Position numbers and translations under genes: made by a program
In this document: one piece after another, positions 46,401 to 60,203 of the stretch
Numbering within the stretch: position 1 is the stretch's first letter
Layout: every line of letters starts with the position of its first letter
Assembly: GCA_038087875.1 (NCBI GenBank)
Contig: CM075990.1
Location: 18,230,001-18,294,000, forward strand
Direction: 5' to 3'
Source: Malacoraja senta
Taxonomy: Eukaryota
DNA: 64,000 bases
The notes under the pieces: generated by a model
The model's database searches: none
What the model saw: the letters and a program-made list of their open reading frames with translations, nothing else
Told to the model about the DNA's origin: nothing

Positions 46401-49400
46401 TTTGGGTTTCACCCTCCTGACTCCATTTGAATCTTTTCTGTGGCCTGCTCCTTCTGCGGTTTTGATTTGCCTGAGTGATGAAGCCCGTGTCACTGTAAAG
46501 GTTAGGTTGTGATTTATCGGACAGTGGGACAACATGCCCTCTGGTGCTTATTGATCTCCCCCTGGGGATTCCTTTTCACTGTGTACTGTCACTTGGTATT
46601 TGGCCCACGGTTTCATCACCCTTGTCCAAATCTATTTGCCTTACACTTGCCCTTCCATAGATTTGTGGGAGTCAGTCAGGATCCACCCTAGGTTTGAGTT
46701 TACTGTTATTCTCCATCATCCCCCCTTTGGTTTGGGTTTCACCCTCCTGACTCCATTTGAATCTTTTCTGTGGCCTGCTCCTTCTGCGGTTTTGATTTGC
46801 CTGAGTGATGAAGCCCGTGTCACTGTAAAGGTTAGGTTGTGATTTATCGGACAGTGGGACAACATGCCCTCTGGTGCTTATTGATCTCCCCCTGGGGATT
46901 CCTTTTCACTGTGTACTGTCACTTGGTATTTGGCCCACGGTTTCATCACCCTTGTCCAAATCTATTTGCCTTACACTTGCCCTTCCATAGATTTGTGGGA
47001 GTCAGTCAGGATCCACCCTAGGTTTGAGTTTACTGTTATTCTCCATCATCCCCCCTTTGGTTTGGGTTTCACCCTCCTGACTCCATTTGAATCTTTTCTG
47101 TGGCCTGCTCCTTCTGCGGTTTTGATTTGCCTGAGTGATGAAGCCCGTGTCACTGTAAAGGTTAGGTTGTGATTTATCGGACAGTGGGACAACATGCCCT
47201 CTGGTGCTTATTGATCTCCCCCTGGGGATTCCTTTTCACTGTGTACTGTCACTTGGTATTTGGCCCACGGTTTCATCACCCTTGTCCAAATCTATTTGCC
47301 TTACACTTGCCCTTCCATAGATTTGTGGGAGTCAGTCAGGATCCACCCTAGGTTTGAGTTTACTGTTATTCTCCATCATCCCCCCTTTGGTTTGGGTTTC
47401 ACCCTCCTGACTCCATTTGAATCTTTTCTGTGGCCTGCTCCTTCTGCGGTTTTGATTTGCCTGAGTGATGAAGCCCGTGTCACTGTAAAGGTTAGGTTGT
47501 GATTTATCGGACAGTGGGACAACATGCCCTCTGGTGCTTATTGATCTCCCCCTGGGGATTCCTTTTCACTGTGTACTGTCACTTGGTATTTGGCCCACGG
47601 TTTCATCACCCTTGTCCAAATCTATTTGCCTTACACTTGCCCTTCCATAGATTTGTGGGAGTCAGTCAGGATCCACCCTAGGTTTGAGTTTACTGTTATT
47701 CTCCATCATCCCCCCTTTGGTTTGGGTTTCACCCTCCTGACTCCATTTGAATCTTTTCTGTGGCCTGCTCCTTCTGCGGTTTTGATTTGCCTGAGTGATG
47801 AAGCCCGTGTCACTGTAAAGGTTAGGTTGTGATTTATCGGACAGTGGGACAACATGCCCTCTGGTGCTTATTGATCTCCCCCTGGGGATTCCTTTTCACT
47901 GTGTACTGTCACTTGGTATTTGGCCCACGGTTTCATCACCCTTGTCCAAATCTATTTGCCTTACACTTGCCCTTCCATAGATTTGTGGGAGTCAGTCAGG
48001 ATCCACCCTAGGTTTGAGTTTACTGTTATTCTCCATCATCCCCCCTTTGGTTTGGGTTTCACCCTCCTGACTCCATTTGAATCTTTTCTGTGGCCTGCTC
48101 CTTCTGCGGTTTTGATTTGCCTGAGTGATGAAGCCCGTGTCACTGTAAAGGTTAGGTTGTGATTTATCGGACAGTGGGACAACATGCCCTCTGGTGCTTA
48201 TTGATCTCCCCCTGGGGATTCCTTTTCACTGTGTACTGTCACTTGGTATTTGGCCCACGGTTTCATCACCCTTGTCCAAATCTATTTGCCTTACACTTGC
48301 CCTTCCATAGATTTGTGGGAGTCAGTCAGGATCCACCCTAGGTTTGAGTTTACTGTTATTCTCCATCATCCCCCCTTTGGTTTGGGTTTCACCCTCCTGA
48401 CTCCATTTGAATCTTTTCTGTGGCCTGCTCCTTCTGCGGTTTTGATTTGCCTGAGTGATGAAGCCCGTGTCACTGTAAAGGTTAGGTTGTGATTTATCGG
48501 ACAGTGGGACAACATGCCCTCTGGTGCTTATTGATCTCCCCCTGGGGATTCCTTTTCACTGTGTACTGTCACTTGGTATTTGGCCCACGGTTTCATCACC
48601 CTTGTCCAAATCTATTTGCCTTACACTTGCCCTTCCATAGATTTGTGGGAGTCAGTCAGGATCCACCCTAGGTTTGAGTTTACTGTTATTCTCCATCATC
48701 CCCCCTTTGGTTTGGGTTTCACCCTCCTGACTCCATTTGAATCTTTTCTGTGGCCTGCTCCTTCTGCGGTTTTGATTTGCCTGAGTGATGAAGCCCGTGT
48801 CACTGTAAAGGTTAGGTTGTGATTTATCGGACAGTGGGACAACATGCCCTCTGGTGCTTATTGATCTCCCCCTGGGGATTCCTTTTCACTGTGTACTGTC
48901 ACTTGGTATTTGGCCCACGGTTTCATCACCCTTGTCCAAATCTATTTGCCTTACACTTGCCCTTCCATAGATTTGTGGGAGTCAGTCAGGATCCACCCTA
49001 GGTTTGAGTTTACTGTTATTCTCCATCATCCCCCCTTTGGTTTGGGTTTCACCCTCCTGACTCCATTTGAATCTTTTCTGTGGCCTGCTCCTTCTGCGGT
49101 TTTGATTTGCCTGAGTGATGAAGCCCGTGTCACTGTAAAGGTTAGGTTGTGATTTATCGGACAGTGGGACAACATGCCCTCTGGTGCTTATTGATCTCCC
49201 CCTGGGGATTCCTTTTCACTGTGTACTGTCACTTGGTATTTGGCCCACGGTTTCATCACCCTTGTCCAAATCTATTTGCCTTACACTTGCCCTTCCATAG
49301 ATTTGTGGGAGTCAGTCAGGATCCACCCTAGGTTTGAGTTTACTGTTATTCTCCATCATCCCCCCTTTGGTTTGGGTTTCACCCTCCTGACTCCATTTGA

Positions 49401-52400
49401 ATCTTTTCTGTGGCCTGCTCCTTCTGCGGTTTTGATTTGCCTGAGTGATGAAGCCCGTGTCACTGTAAAGGTTAGGTTGTGATTTATCGGACAGTGGGAC
49501 AACATGCCCTCTGGTGCTTATTGATCTCCCCCTGGGGATTCCTTTTCACTGTGTACTGTCACTTGGTATTTGGCCCACGGTTTCATCACCCTTGTCCAAA
49601 TCTATTTGCCTTACACTTGCCCTTCCATAGATTTGTGGGAGTCAGTCAGGATCCACCCTAGGTTTGAGTTTACTGTTATTCTCCATCATCCCCCCTTTGG
49701 TTTGGGTTTCACCCTCCTGACTCCATTTGAATCTTTTCTGTGGCCTGCTCCTTCTGCGGTTTTGATTTGCCTGAGTGATGAAGCCCGTGTCACTGTAAAG
49801 GTTAGGTTGTGATTTATCGGACAGTGGGACAACATGCCCTCTGGTGCTTATTGATCTCCCCCTGGGGATTCCTTTTCACTGTGTACTGTCACTTGGTATT
49901 TGGCCCACGGTTTCATCACCCTTGTCCAAATCTATTTGCCTTACACTTGCCCTTCCATAGATTTGTGGGAGTCAGTCAGGATCCACCCTAGGTTTGAGTT
50001 TACTGTTATTCTCCATCATCCCCCCTTTGGTTTGGGTTTCACCCTCCTGACTCCATTTGAATCTTTTCTGTGGCCTGCTCCTTCTGCGGTTTTGATTTGC
50101 CTGAGTGATGAAGCCCGTGTCACTGTAAAGGTTAGGTTGTGATTTATCGGACAGTGGGACAACATGCCCTCTGGTGCTTATTGATCTCCCCCTGGGGATT
50201 CCTTTTCACTGTGTACTGTCACTTGGTATTTGGCCCACGGTTTCATCACCCTTGTCCAAATCTATTTGCCTTACACTTGCCCTTCCATAGATTTGTGGGA
50301 GTCAGTCAGGATCCACCCTAGGTTTGAGTTTACTGTTATTCTCCATCATCCCCCCTTTGGTTTGGGTTTCACCCTCCTGACTCCATTTGAATCTTTTCTG
50401 TGGCCTGCTCCTTCTGCGGTTTTGATTTGCCTGAGTGATGAAGCCCGTGTCACTGTAAAGGTTAGGTTGTGATTTATCGGACAGTGGGACAACATGCCCT
50501 CTGGTGCTTATTGATCTCCCCCTGGGGATTCCTTTTCACTGTGTACTGTCACTTGGTATTTGGCCCACGGTTTCATCACCCTTGTCCAAATCTATTTGCC
50601 TTACACTTGCCCTTCCATAGATTTGTGGGAGTCAGTCAGGATCCACCCTAGGTTTGAGTTTACTGTTATTCTCCATCATCCCCCCTTTGGTTTGGGTTTC
50701 ACCCTCCTGACTCCATTTGAATCTTTTCTGTGGCCTGCTCCTTCTGCGGTTTTGATTTGCCTGAGTGATGAAGCCCGTGTCACTGTAAAGGTTAGGTTGT
50801 GATTTATCGGACAGTGGGACAACATGCCCTCTGGTGCTTATTGATCTCCCCCTGGGGATTCCTTTTCACTGTGTACTGTCACTTGGTATTTGGCCCACGG
50901 TTTCATCACCCTTGTCCAAATCTATTTGCCTTACACTTGCCCTTCCATAGATTTGTGGGAGTCAGTCAGGATCCACCCTAGGTTTGAGTTTACTGTTATT
51001 CTCCATCATCCCCCCTTTGGTTTGGGTTTCACCCTCCTGACTCCATTTGAATCTTTTCTGTGGCCTGCTCCTTCTGCGGTTTTGATTTGCCTGAGTGATG
51101 AAGCCCGTGTCACTGTAAAGGTTAGGTTGTGATTTATCGGACAGTGGGACAACATGCCCTCTGGTGCTTATTGATCTCCCCCTGGGGATTCCTTTTCACT
51201 GTGTACTGTCACTTGGTATTTGGCCCACGGTTTCATCACCCTTGTCCAAATCTATTTGCCTTACACTTGCCCTTCCATAGATTTGTGGGAGTCAGTCAGG
51301 ATCCACCCTAGGTTTGAGTTTACTGTTATTCTCCATCATCCCCCCTTTGGTTTGGGTTTCACCCTCCTGACTCCATTTGAATCTTTTCTGTGGCCTGCTC
51401 CTTCTGCGGTTTTGATTTGCCTGAGTGATGAAGCCCGTGTCACTGTAAAGGTTAGGTTGTGATTTATCGGACAGTGGGACAACATGCCCTCTGGTGCTTA
51501 TTGATCTCCCCCTGGGGATTCCTTTTCACTGTGTACTGTCACTTGGTATTTGGCCCACGGTTTCATCACCCTTGTCCAAATCTATTTGCCTTACACTTGC
51601 CCTTCCATAGATTTGTGGGAGTCAGTCAGGATCCACCCTAGGTTTGAGTTTACTGTTATTCTCCATCATCCCCCCTTTGGTTTGGGTTTCACCCTCCTGA
51701 CTCCATTTGAATCTTTTCTGTGGCCTGCTCCTTCTGCGGTTTTGATTTGCCTGAGTGATGAAGCCCGTGTCACTGTAAAGGTTAGGTTGTGATTTATCGG
51801 ACAGTGGGACAACATGCCCTCTGGTGCTTATTGATCTCCCCCTGGGGATTCCTTTTCACTGTGTACTGTCACTTGGTATTTGGCCCACGGTTTCATCACC
51901 CTTGTCCAAATCTATTTGCCTTACACTTGCCCTTCCATAGATTTGTGGGAGTCAGTCAGGATCCACCCTAGGTTTGAGTTTACTGTTATTCTCCATCATC
52001 CCCCCTTTGGTTTGGGTTTCACCCTCCTGACTCCATTTGAATCTTTTCTGTGGCCTGCTCCTTCTGCGGTTTTGATTTGCCTGAGTGATGAAGCCCGTGT
52101 CACTGTAAAGGTTAGGTTGTGATTTATCGGACAGTGGGACAACATGCCCTCTGGTGCTTATTGATCTCCCCCTGGGGATTCCTTTTCACTGTGTACTGTC
52201 ACTTGGTATTTGGCCCACGGTTTCATCACCCTTGTCCAAATCTATTTGCCTTACACTTGCCCTTCCATAGATTTGTGGGAGTCAGTCAGGATCCACCCTA
52301 GGTTTGAGTTTACTGTTATTCTCCATCATCCCCCCTTTGGTTTGGGTTTCACCCTCCTGACTCCATTTGAATCTTTTCTGTGGCCTGCTCCTTCTGCGGT

Positions 52401-53960
52401 TTTGATTTGCCTGAGTGATGAAGCCCGTGTCACTGTAAAGGTTAGGTTGTGATTTATCGGACAGTGGGACAACATGCCCTCTGGTGCTTATTGATCTCCC
52501 CCTGGGGATTCCTTTTCACTGTGTACTGTCACTTGGTATTTGGCCCACGGTTTCATCACCCTTGTCCAAATCTATTTGCCTTACACTTGCCCTTCCATAG
52601 ATTTGTGGGAGTCAGTCAGGATCCACCCTAGGTTTGAGTTTACTGTTATTCTCCATCATCCCCCCTTTGGTTTGGGTTTCACCCTCCTGACTCCATTTGA
52701 ATCTTTTCTGTGGCCTGCTCCTTCTGCGGTTTTGATTTGCCTGAGTGATGAAGCCCGTGTCACTGTAAAGGTTAGGTTGTGATTTATCGGACAGTGGGAC
52801 AACATGCCCTCTGGTGCTTATTGATCTCCCCCTGGGGATTCCTTTTCACTGTGTACTGTCACTTGGTATTTGGCCCACGGTTTCATCACCCTTGTCCAAA
52901 TCTATTTGCCTTACACTTGCCCTTCCATAGATTTGTGGGAGTCAGTCAGGATCCACCCTAGGTTTGAGTTTACTGTTATTCTCCATCATCCCCCCTTTGG
53001 TTTGGGTTTCACCCTCCTGACTCCATTTGAATCTTTTCTGTGGCCTGCTCCTTCTGCGGTTTTGATTTGCCTGAGTGATGAAGCCCGTGTCACTGTAAAG
53101 GTTAGGTTGTGATTTATCGGACAGTGGGACAACATGCCCTCTGGTGCTTATTGATCTCCCCCTGGGGATTCCTTTTCACTGTGTACTGTCACTTGGTATT
53201 TGGCCCACGGTTTCATCACCCTTGTCCAAATCTATTTGCCTTACACTTGCCCTTCCATAGATTTGTGGGAGTCAGTCAGGATCCACCCTAGGTTTGAGTT
53301 TACTGTTATTCTCCATCATCCCCCCTTTGGTTTGGGTTTCACCCTCCTGACTCCATTTGAATCTTTTCTGTGGCCTGCTCCTTCTGCGGTTTTGATTTGC
53401 CTGAGTGATGAAGCCCGTGTCACTGTAAAGGTTAGGTTGTGATTTATCGGACAGTGGGACAACATGCCCTCTGGTGCTTATTGATCTCCCCCTGGGGATT
53501 CCTTTTCACTGTGTACTGTCACTTGGTATTTGGCCCACGGTTTCATCACCCTTGTCCAAATCTATTTGCCTTACACTTGCCCTTCCATAGATTTGTGGGA
53601 GTCAGTCAGGATCCACCCTAGGTTTGAGTTTACTGTTATTCTCCATCATCCCCCCTTTGGTTTGGGTTTCACCCTCCTGACTCCATTTGAATCTTTTCTG
53701 TGGCCTGCTCCTTCTGCGGTTTTGATTTGCCTGAGTGATGAAGCCCGTGTCACTGTAAAGGTTAGGTTGTGATTTATCGGACAGTGGGACAACATGCCCT
53801 CTGGTGCTTATTGATCTCCCCCTGGGGATTCCTTTTCACTGTGTACTGTCACTTGGTATTTGGCCCACGGTTTCATCACCCTTGTCCAAATCTATTTGCC
53901 TTACACTTGCCCTTCCATAGATTTGTGGGAGTCAGTCAGGATCCACCCTAGGTTTGAGTT
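43401..53960. repeat. 32 tandem copies of a 330-bp unit derived from the PLE region immediately downstream of the ORF2 stop codon
   Basis: The unit TACTGTTATT...GGTTTGAGTT equals 21938-22267. The period is exactly 330 (10560/330 = 32) and I saw no differences between copies. Confidence 0.97.
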
Positions 53961-54760
53961 TATGCTAGATTTAGGCCATTAGGCTCTTTTGTCTGTAGCG
54001 CTTCTATCCATAGCCTCTCTGCTCTCTTGCGTCTCCCTGTTGTCCAATTTATGTTTGTTTCCAGACCCATGATCTCTACGGACTGGATCCCATGTTGCTG
54101 GAAGTGTCTGCTAATGGGTATGGATTGGTCTCCCCTTGTGATGTTGCTGAGGTGTCCTGTCAGCCTGACTCTCATGCTGTTACCTGTTTCGCCTATGTAC
54201 AGTAAGTTGCACTCTTTACATCTAATTGCATACACCACATTCTTTTGCTCACAGGTTATCCTCTGTGCTATCTGGCCTTTCTTCCCTGTTACACTGTTCT
54301 CTATATTTTTGGCTATTACTAAATGGGTGCAGGCTCCACACCGTCTCTGCCCACAGTCTGGGTCTGTGTGTAGACTTGTACTGACCAGGATGTCCTTCAG
54401 ATTTTTAGCCCTCTTGAATGCTGACATTACCTTGTACCCCTTTAGTGTGGCAAATCCCCTTTGGAATTGTTCAAAACGGCCCTTGACTATTTTGTGGGCC
54501 TGGACTGCCATGTTGCCATATCTTGTGATTAGTGGCAAGTTCAATGTCGTCCCCGGCCTAGGTCTGGGTGCTTGTATGCTACTTAGAAAATCTGACTTAA
54601 TGTATCTTAATTTCCTTTTGCAGTAACCCCTCTGTCTGAGGGCGGTGAATAGGGTGCTTGTGGCCTGGTTGAAATCCTCCTCCCTAGTACATATACGGTG
54701 GAAGCGGGTCAGTTGTGACTTGACGATGACTGGGCAACGATTTTCCAGTTTCGCTATCAC
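53960..54760 (-). pseudogene. 5'-deleted ORF2: RT C-terminal region, Cys knuckle and GIY-YIG endonuclease
   Basis: Matches ORF2 from IVKSQL onward (one L>V change). The first 11 codons come from ribozyme sequence and the start codon is GTG. Confidence 0.85.
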
Positions 54761-55520
54761 TGTAGCTTCGTCAGGGAAAGAGATCTAGTCCTAGCCGGTT
54801 AGGGTTTTTAAAGGGTAGGTTGATGCTCCTCCCTTTCTGGGTGGAGCTTGCCATGTGTTGGGTCCTAGGACCGGTCACTTTGGTTGGGCACACCCTGTTT
54901 CTTGTTTGGACTGGTTAGCCCTCTTCCTTTGTTGTGTTAGTTACCACATGTCTCTGGTATCTTGTATCCTTTATTGCTAATGTTTTCAGCCTCTGTTGAT
55001 CAATAAATGTGCAAAAATCTCTTGTCCACTATTATGTTCTGCAAGTATTATCATGGGGTGAGTTGTGCTTTGCCTATCCTGTCTGACCATCCTTTGGCTC
55101 CCTCTCTGGTCCTCCCTGTCTCCCTATCCTAGTTTTAGAGTGTCCCTCACTTCAATCCTATGATTATTCGAGCCCACTCTATTTCGGTTTGTACTGTTAT
55201 TCTCCATCATCCCCCCTTTGGTTTGGGTTTCACCCTCCTGACTCCATTTGAATCTTTTCTGTGGCCTGCTCCTTCTGCGGTTTTGATTTGCCTGAGTGAT
55301 GAAGCCCGTGTCACTGTAAAGGTTAGGTTGTGATTTATCGGACAGTGGGACAACATGCCCTCTGGTGCTTATTGATCTCCCCCTGGGGATTCCTTTTCAC
55401 TGTGTACTGTCACTTGGTATTTGGCCCACGGTTTCATCACCCTTGTCCAAATCTATTTGCCTTACACTTGCCCTTCCATAGATTTGTGGGAGTCAGTCAG
55501 GATCCACCCTAGGTTTGAGT

Positions 55521-56321
55521 TTATGCTAGATTTAGGCCATTAGGCTCTTTTGTCTGTAGCGCTTCTATCCATAGCCTCTCTGCTCTCTTGCGTCTCCCTG
55601 TTGTCCAATTTATGTTTGTTTCCAGACCCATGATCTCTAGGGACTGGATCCCATGTTGCTGGAAGTGTCTGCTAATGGGTATGGATTGGTCTCCCCTTGT
55701 GATGTTGCTGAGGTGTCCTGTCAGCCTGACTCTCATGCTGTTACCTGTTTCGCCTATGTACAGTAAGTTGCACTCTTTACATCTAATTGCATACACCACA
55801 TTCTTTTGCTCACAGGTTATCCTCTGTGCTATCTGGCCTTTCTTCCCTGTTACACTGTTCTCTATATTTTTGGCTATTACTAAATGGGTGCAGGCTCCAC
55901 ACCGTCTCTGCCCACAGTCTGGGTCTGTGTGTAGACTTGTACTGACCAGGATGTCCTTCAGATTTTTAGCCCTCTTGAATGCTGACATTACCTTGTACCC
56001 CTTTAGTGTGGCAAATCCCCTTTGGAATTGTTCAAAACGGCCCTTGACTATTTTGTGGGCCTGGACTGCCATGTTGCCATATCTTGTGATTAGTGGCAAG
56101 TTCAATGTCGTCCCCGGCCTAGGTCTGGGTGCTTGTATGCTACTTAGAAAATCTGACTTAATGTATCTTAATTTCCTTTTGCAGTAACCCCTCTGTCTGA
56201 GGGCGGTGAATAGGGTGCTTGTGGCCTGGTTGAAATCCTCCTCCCTAGTACATATACGGTGGAAGCGGGTCAGTTGTGACTTGACGATGACTGGGCAACG
56301 ATTTTCCAGTTTCGCTATCAC
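55521..56321 (-). pseudogene. 5'-deleted ORF2 (endonuclease-containing fragment)
   Basis: Same 266-codon frame as 53960-54760. Confidence 0.85.
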
Positions 56322-57081
56322 TGTAGCTTCGTCAGGGAAAGAGATCTAGTCCTAGCCGGTTAGGGTTTTTAAAGGGTAGGTTGATGCTCCTCCCTTTCTG
56401 GGTGGAGCTTGCCATGTGTTGGGTCCTAGGACCGGTCACTTTGGTTGGGCACACCCTGTTTCTTGTTTGGACTGGGTAGCCCTCTTCCTTTGTTGTGTTA
56501 GTTACCACATGTCTCTGGTATCTTGTATCCTTTATTGCTAATGTTTTCAGCCTCTGTTGATCAATAAATGTGCAAAAATCTCTTGTCCACTATTATGTTC
56601 TGCAAGTATTATCATGGGGTGAGTTGTGCTTTGCCTATCCTGTCTGACCATCCTTTGGCTCCCTCTCTGGTCCTCCCTGTCTCCCTATCCTAGTTTTAGA
56701 GTGTCCCTCACTTCAATCCTATGATTATTCGAGCCCACTCTATTTCGGTTTGTACTGTTATTCTCCATCATCCCCCCTTTGTTTTGGGTTTCACCCTCCT
56801 GACTCCATTTGAATCTTTTCTGTGGCCTGCTCCTTCTGCGGTTTTGATTTGCCTGAGTGATGAAGCCCGTGTCACTGTAAAGGTTAGGTTGTGATTTATC
56901 GGACAGTGGGACAACATGCCCTCTGGTGCTTATTGATCTCCCCCTGGGGATTCCTTTTCACTGTGTACTGTCACTTGGTATTTGGCCCACGGTTTCATCA
57001 CCCTTGTCCAAATCTATTTGCCTTACACTTGCCCTTCCATAGATTTGTGGGAGTCAGTCAGGATCCACCCTAGGTTTGAGT

Positions 57082-57882
57082 TTATGCTAGATTTAGGCCA
57101 TTAGGCTCTTTTGTCTGTAGCGCTTCTATCCATAGCCTCTCTGCTCTCTTGCGTCTCCCTGTTGTCCAATTTATGTTTGTTTCCAGACCCATGATCTCTA
57201 GGGACTGGATCCCATGTTGCTGGAAGTGTCTGCTAATGGGTATGGATTGGTCTCCCCTTGTGATGTTGCTGAGGTGTCCTGTCAGCCTGACTCTCATGCT
57301 GTTACCTGTTTCGCCTATGTACAGTAAGTTGCACTCTTTACATCTAATTGCATACACCACATTCTTTTGCTCACAGGTTATCCTCTGTGCTATCTGGCCT
57401 TTCTTCCCTGTTACACTGTTCTCTATATTTTTGGCTATTACTAAATGGGTGCAGGCTCCACACCGTCTCTGCCCACAGTCTGGGTCTGTGTGTAGACTTG
57501 TACTGACCAGGATGTCCTTCAGATTTTTAGCCCTCTTGAATGCTGACATTACCTTGTACCCCTTTAGTGTGGCAAATCCCCTTTGGAATTGTTCAAAACG
57601 GCCCTTGACTATTTTGTGGGCCTGGACTGCCATGTTGCCATATCTTGTGATTAGTGGCAAGTTCAATGTCGTCCCCGGCCTAGGTCTGGGTGCTTGTATG
57701 CTACTTAGAAAATCTGACTTAATGTATCTTAATTTCCTTTTGCAGTAACCCCTCTGTCTGAGGGCGGTGAATAGGGTGCTTGTGGCCTGGTTGAAATCCT
57801 CCTCCCTAGTACATATACGGTGGAAGCGGGTCAGTTGTGACTTGACGATGACTGGGCAACGATTTTCCAGTTTCGCTATCAC
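57082..57882 (-). pseudogene. 5'-deleted ORF2 (endonuclease-containing fragment)
   Basis: Same 266-codon frame, period 1561. Confidence 0.85.
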
Positions 57883-58642
57883 TGTAGCTTCGTCAGGGAA
57901 AGAGATCTAGTCCTAGCCGGTTAGGGTTTTTAAAGGGTAGGTTGATGCTCCTCCCTTTCTGGGTGGAGCTTGCCATGTGTTGGGTCCTAGGACCGGTCAC
58001 TTTGGTTGGGCACACCCTGTTTCTTGTTTGGACTGGTTAGCCCTCTTCCTTTGTTGTGTTAGTTACCACATGTCTCTGGTATCTTGTATCCTTTATTGCT
58101 AATGTTTTCAGCCTCTGTTGATCAATAAATGTGCAAAAATCTCTTGTCCACTATTATGTTCTGCAAGTATTATCATGGGGTGAGTTGTGCTTTGCCTATC
58201 CTGTCTGACCATCCTTTGGCTCCCTCTCTGGTCCTCCCTGTCTCCCTATCCTAGTTTTAGAGTGTCCCTCACTTCAATCCTATGATTATTCGAGCCCACT
58301 CTATTTCGGTTTGTACTGTTATTCTCCATCATCCCCCCTTTGGTTTGGGTTTCACCCTCCTGACTCCATTTGAATCTTTTCTGTGGCCTGCTCCTTCTGC
58401 GGTTTTGATTTGCCTGAGTGATGAAGCCCGTGTCACTGTAAAGGTTAGGTTGTGATTTATCGGACAGTGGGACAACATGCCCTCTGGTGCTTATTGATCT
58501 CCCCCTGGGGATTCCTTTTCACTGTGTACTGTCACTTGGTATTTGGCCCACGGTTTCATCACCCTTGTCCAAATCTATTTGCCTTACACTTGCCCTTCCA
58601 TAGATTTGTGGGAGTCAGTCAGGATCCACCCTAGGTTTGAGT

Positions 58643-59443
58643 TTATGCTAGATTTAGGCCATTAGGCTCTTTTGTCTGTAGCGCTTCTATCCATAGCCTC
58701 TCTGCTCTCTTGCGTCTCCCTGTTGTCCAATTTATGTTTGTTTCCAGACCCATGATCTCTAGGGACTGGATCCCATGTTGCTGGAAGTGTCTGCTAATGG
58801 GTATGGATTGGTCTCCCCTTGTGATGTTGCTGAGGTGTCCTGTCAGCCTGACTCTCATGCTGTTACCTGTTTCGCCTATGTACAGTAAGTTGCACTCTTT
58901 ACATCTAATTGCATACACCACATTCTTTTGCTCACAGGTTATCCTTTGTGCTATCTGGCCTTTCTTCCCTGTTACACTGTTCTCTATATTTTTGGCTATT
59001 ACTAAATGGGTGCAGGCTCCACACCGTCTCTGCCCACAGTCTGGGTCTGTGTGTAGACTTGTACTGACCAGGATGTCCTTCAGATTTTTAGCCCTCTTGA
59101 ATGCTGACATTACCTTGTACCCCTTTAGTGTGGCAAATCCCCTTTGGAATTGTTCAAAACGGCCCTTGACTATTTTGTGGGCCTGGACTGCCATGTTGCC
59201 ATATCTTGTGATTAGTGGCAAGTTCAATGTCGTCCCCGGCCTAGGTCTGGGTGCTTGTATGCTACTTAGAAAATCTGACTTAATGTATCTTAATTTCCTT
59301 TTGCAGTAACCCCTCTGTCTGAGGGCGGTGAATAGGGTGCTTGTGGCCTGGTTGAAATCCTCCTCCCTAGTACATATACGGTGGAAGCGGGTCAGTTGTG
59401 ACTTGACGATGACTGGGCAACGATTTTCCAGTTTCGCTATCAC
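58643..59443 (-). pseudogene. 5'-deleted ORF2 (endonuclease-containing fragment)
   Basis: Same 266-codon frame, period 1561. Confidence 0.85.
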
Positions 59444-60203
59444 TGTAGCTTCGTCAGGGAAAGAGATCTAGTCCTAGCCGGTTAGGGTTTTTAAAGGGTA
59501 GGTTGATGCTCCTCCCTTTCTGGGTGGAGCTTGCCATGTGTTGGGTCCTAGGACCGGTCACTTTGGTTGGGCACACCCTGTTTCTTGTTTGGACTGGTTA
59601 GCCCTCTTCCTTTGTTGTGTTAGTTACCACATGTCTCTGGTATCTTGTATCCTTTATTGCTAATGTTTTCAGCCTCTGTTGATCAATAAATGTGCAAAAA
59701 TCTCTTGTCCACTATTATGTTCTGCAAGTATTATCATGGGGTGAGTTGTGCTTTGCCTATCCTGTCTGACCATCCTTTGGCTCCCTCTCTGGTCCTCCCT
59801 GTCTCCCTATCCTAGTTTTAGAGTGTCCCTCACTTCAATCCTATGATTATTCGAGCCCACTCTATTTCGGTTTGTACTGTTATTCTCCATCATCCCCCCT
59901 TTGGTTTGGGTTTCACCCTCCTGACTCCATTTGAATCTTTTCTGTGGCCTGCTCCTTCTGCGGTTTTGATTTGCCTGAGTGATGAAGCCCGTGTCACTGT
60001 AAAGGTTAGGTTGTGATTTATCGGACAGTGGGACAACATGCCCTCTGGTGCTTATTGATCTCCCCCTGGGGATTCCTTTTCACTGTGTACTGTCACTTGG
60101 TATTTGGCCCACGGTTTCATCACCCTTGTCCAAATCTATTTGCCTTACACTTGCCCTTCCATAGATTTGTGGGAGTCAGTCAGGATCCACCCTAGGTTTG
60201 AGT

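Noticed and set aside
43401..53960. Possible CRISPR-like array, or repeated 60-aa and 80-aa genes
   Set aside because: There are no unique spacers and the units are identical. The small ORFs start at GTG/TTG, lie antisense to the element UTR, and have no recognisable motifs.
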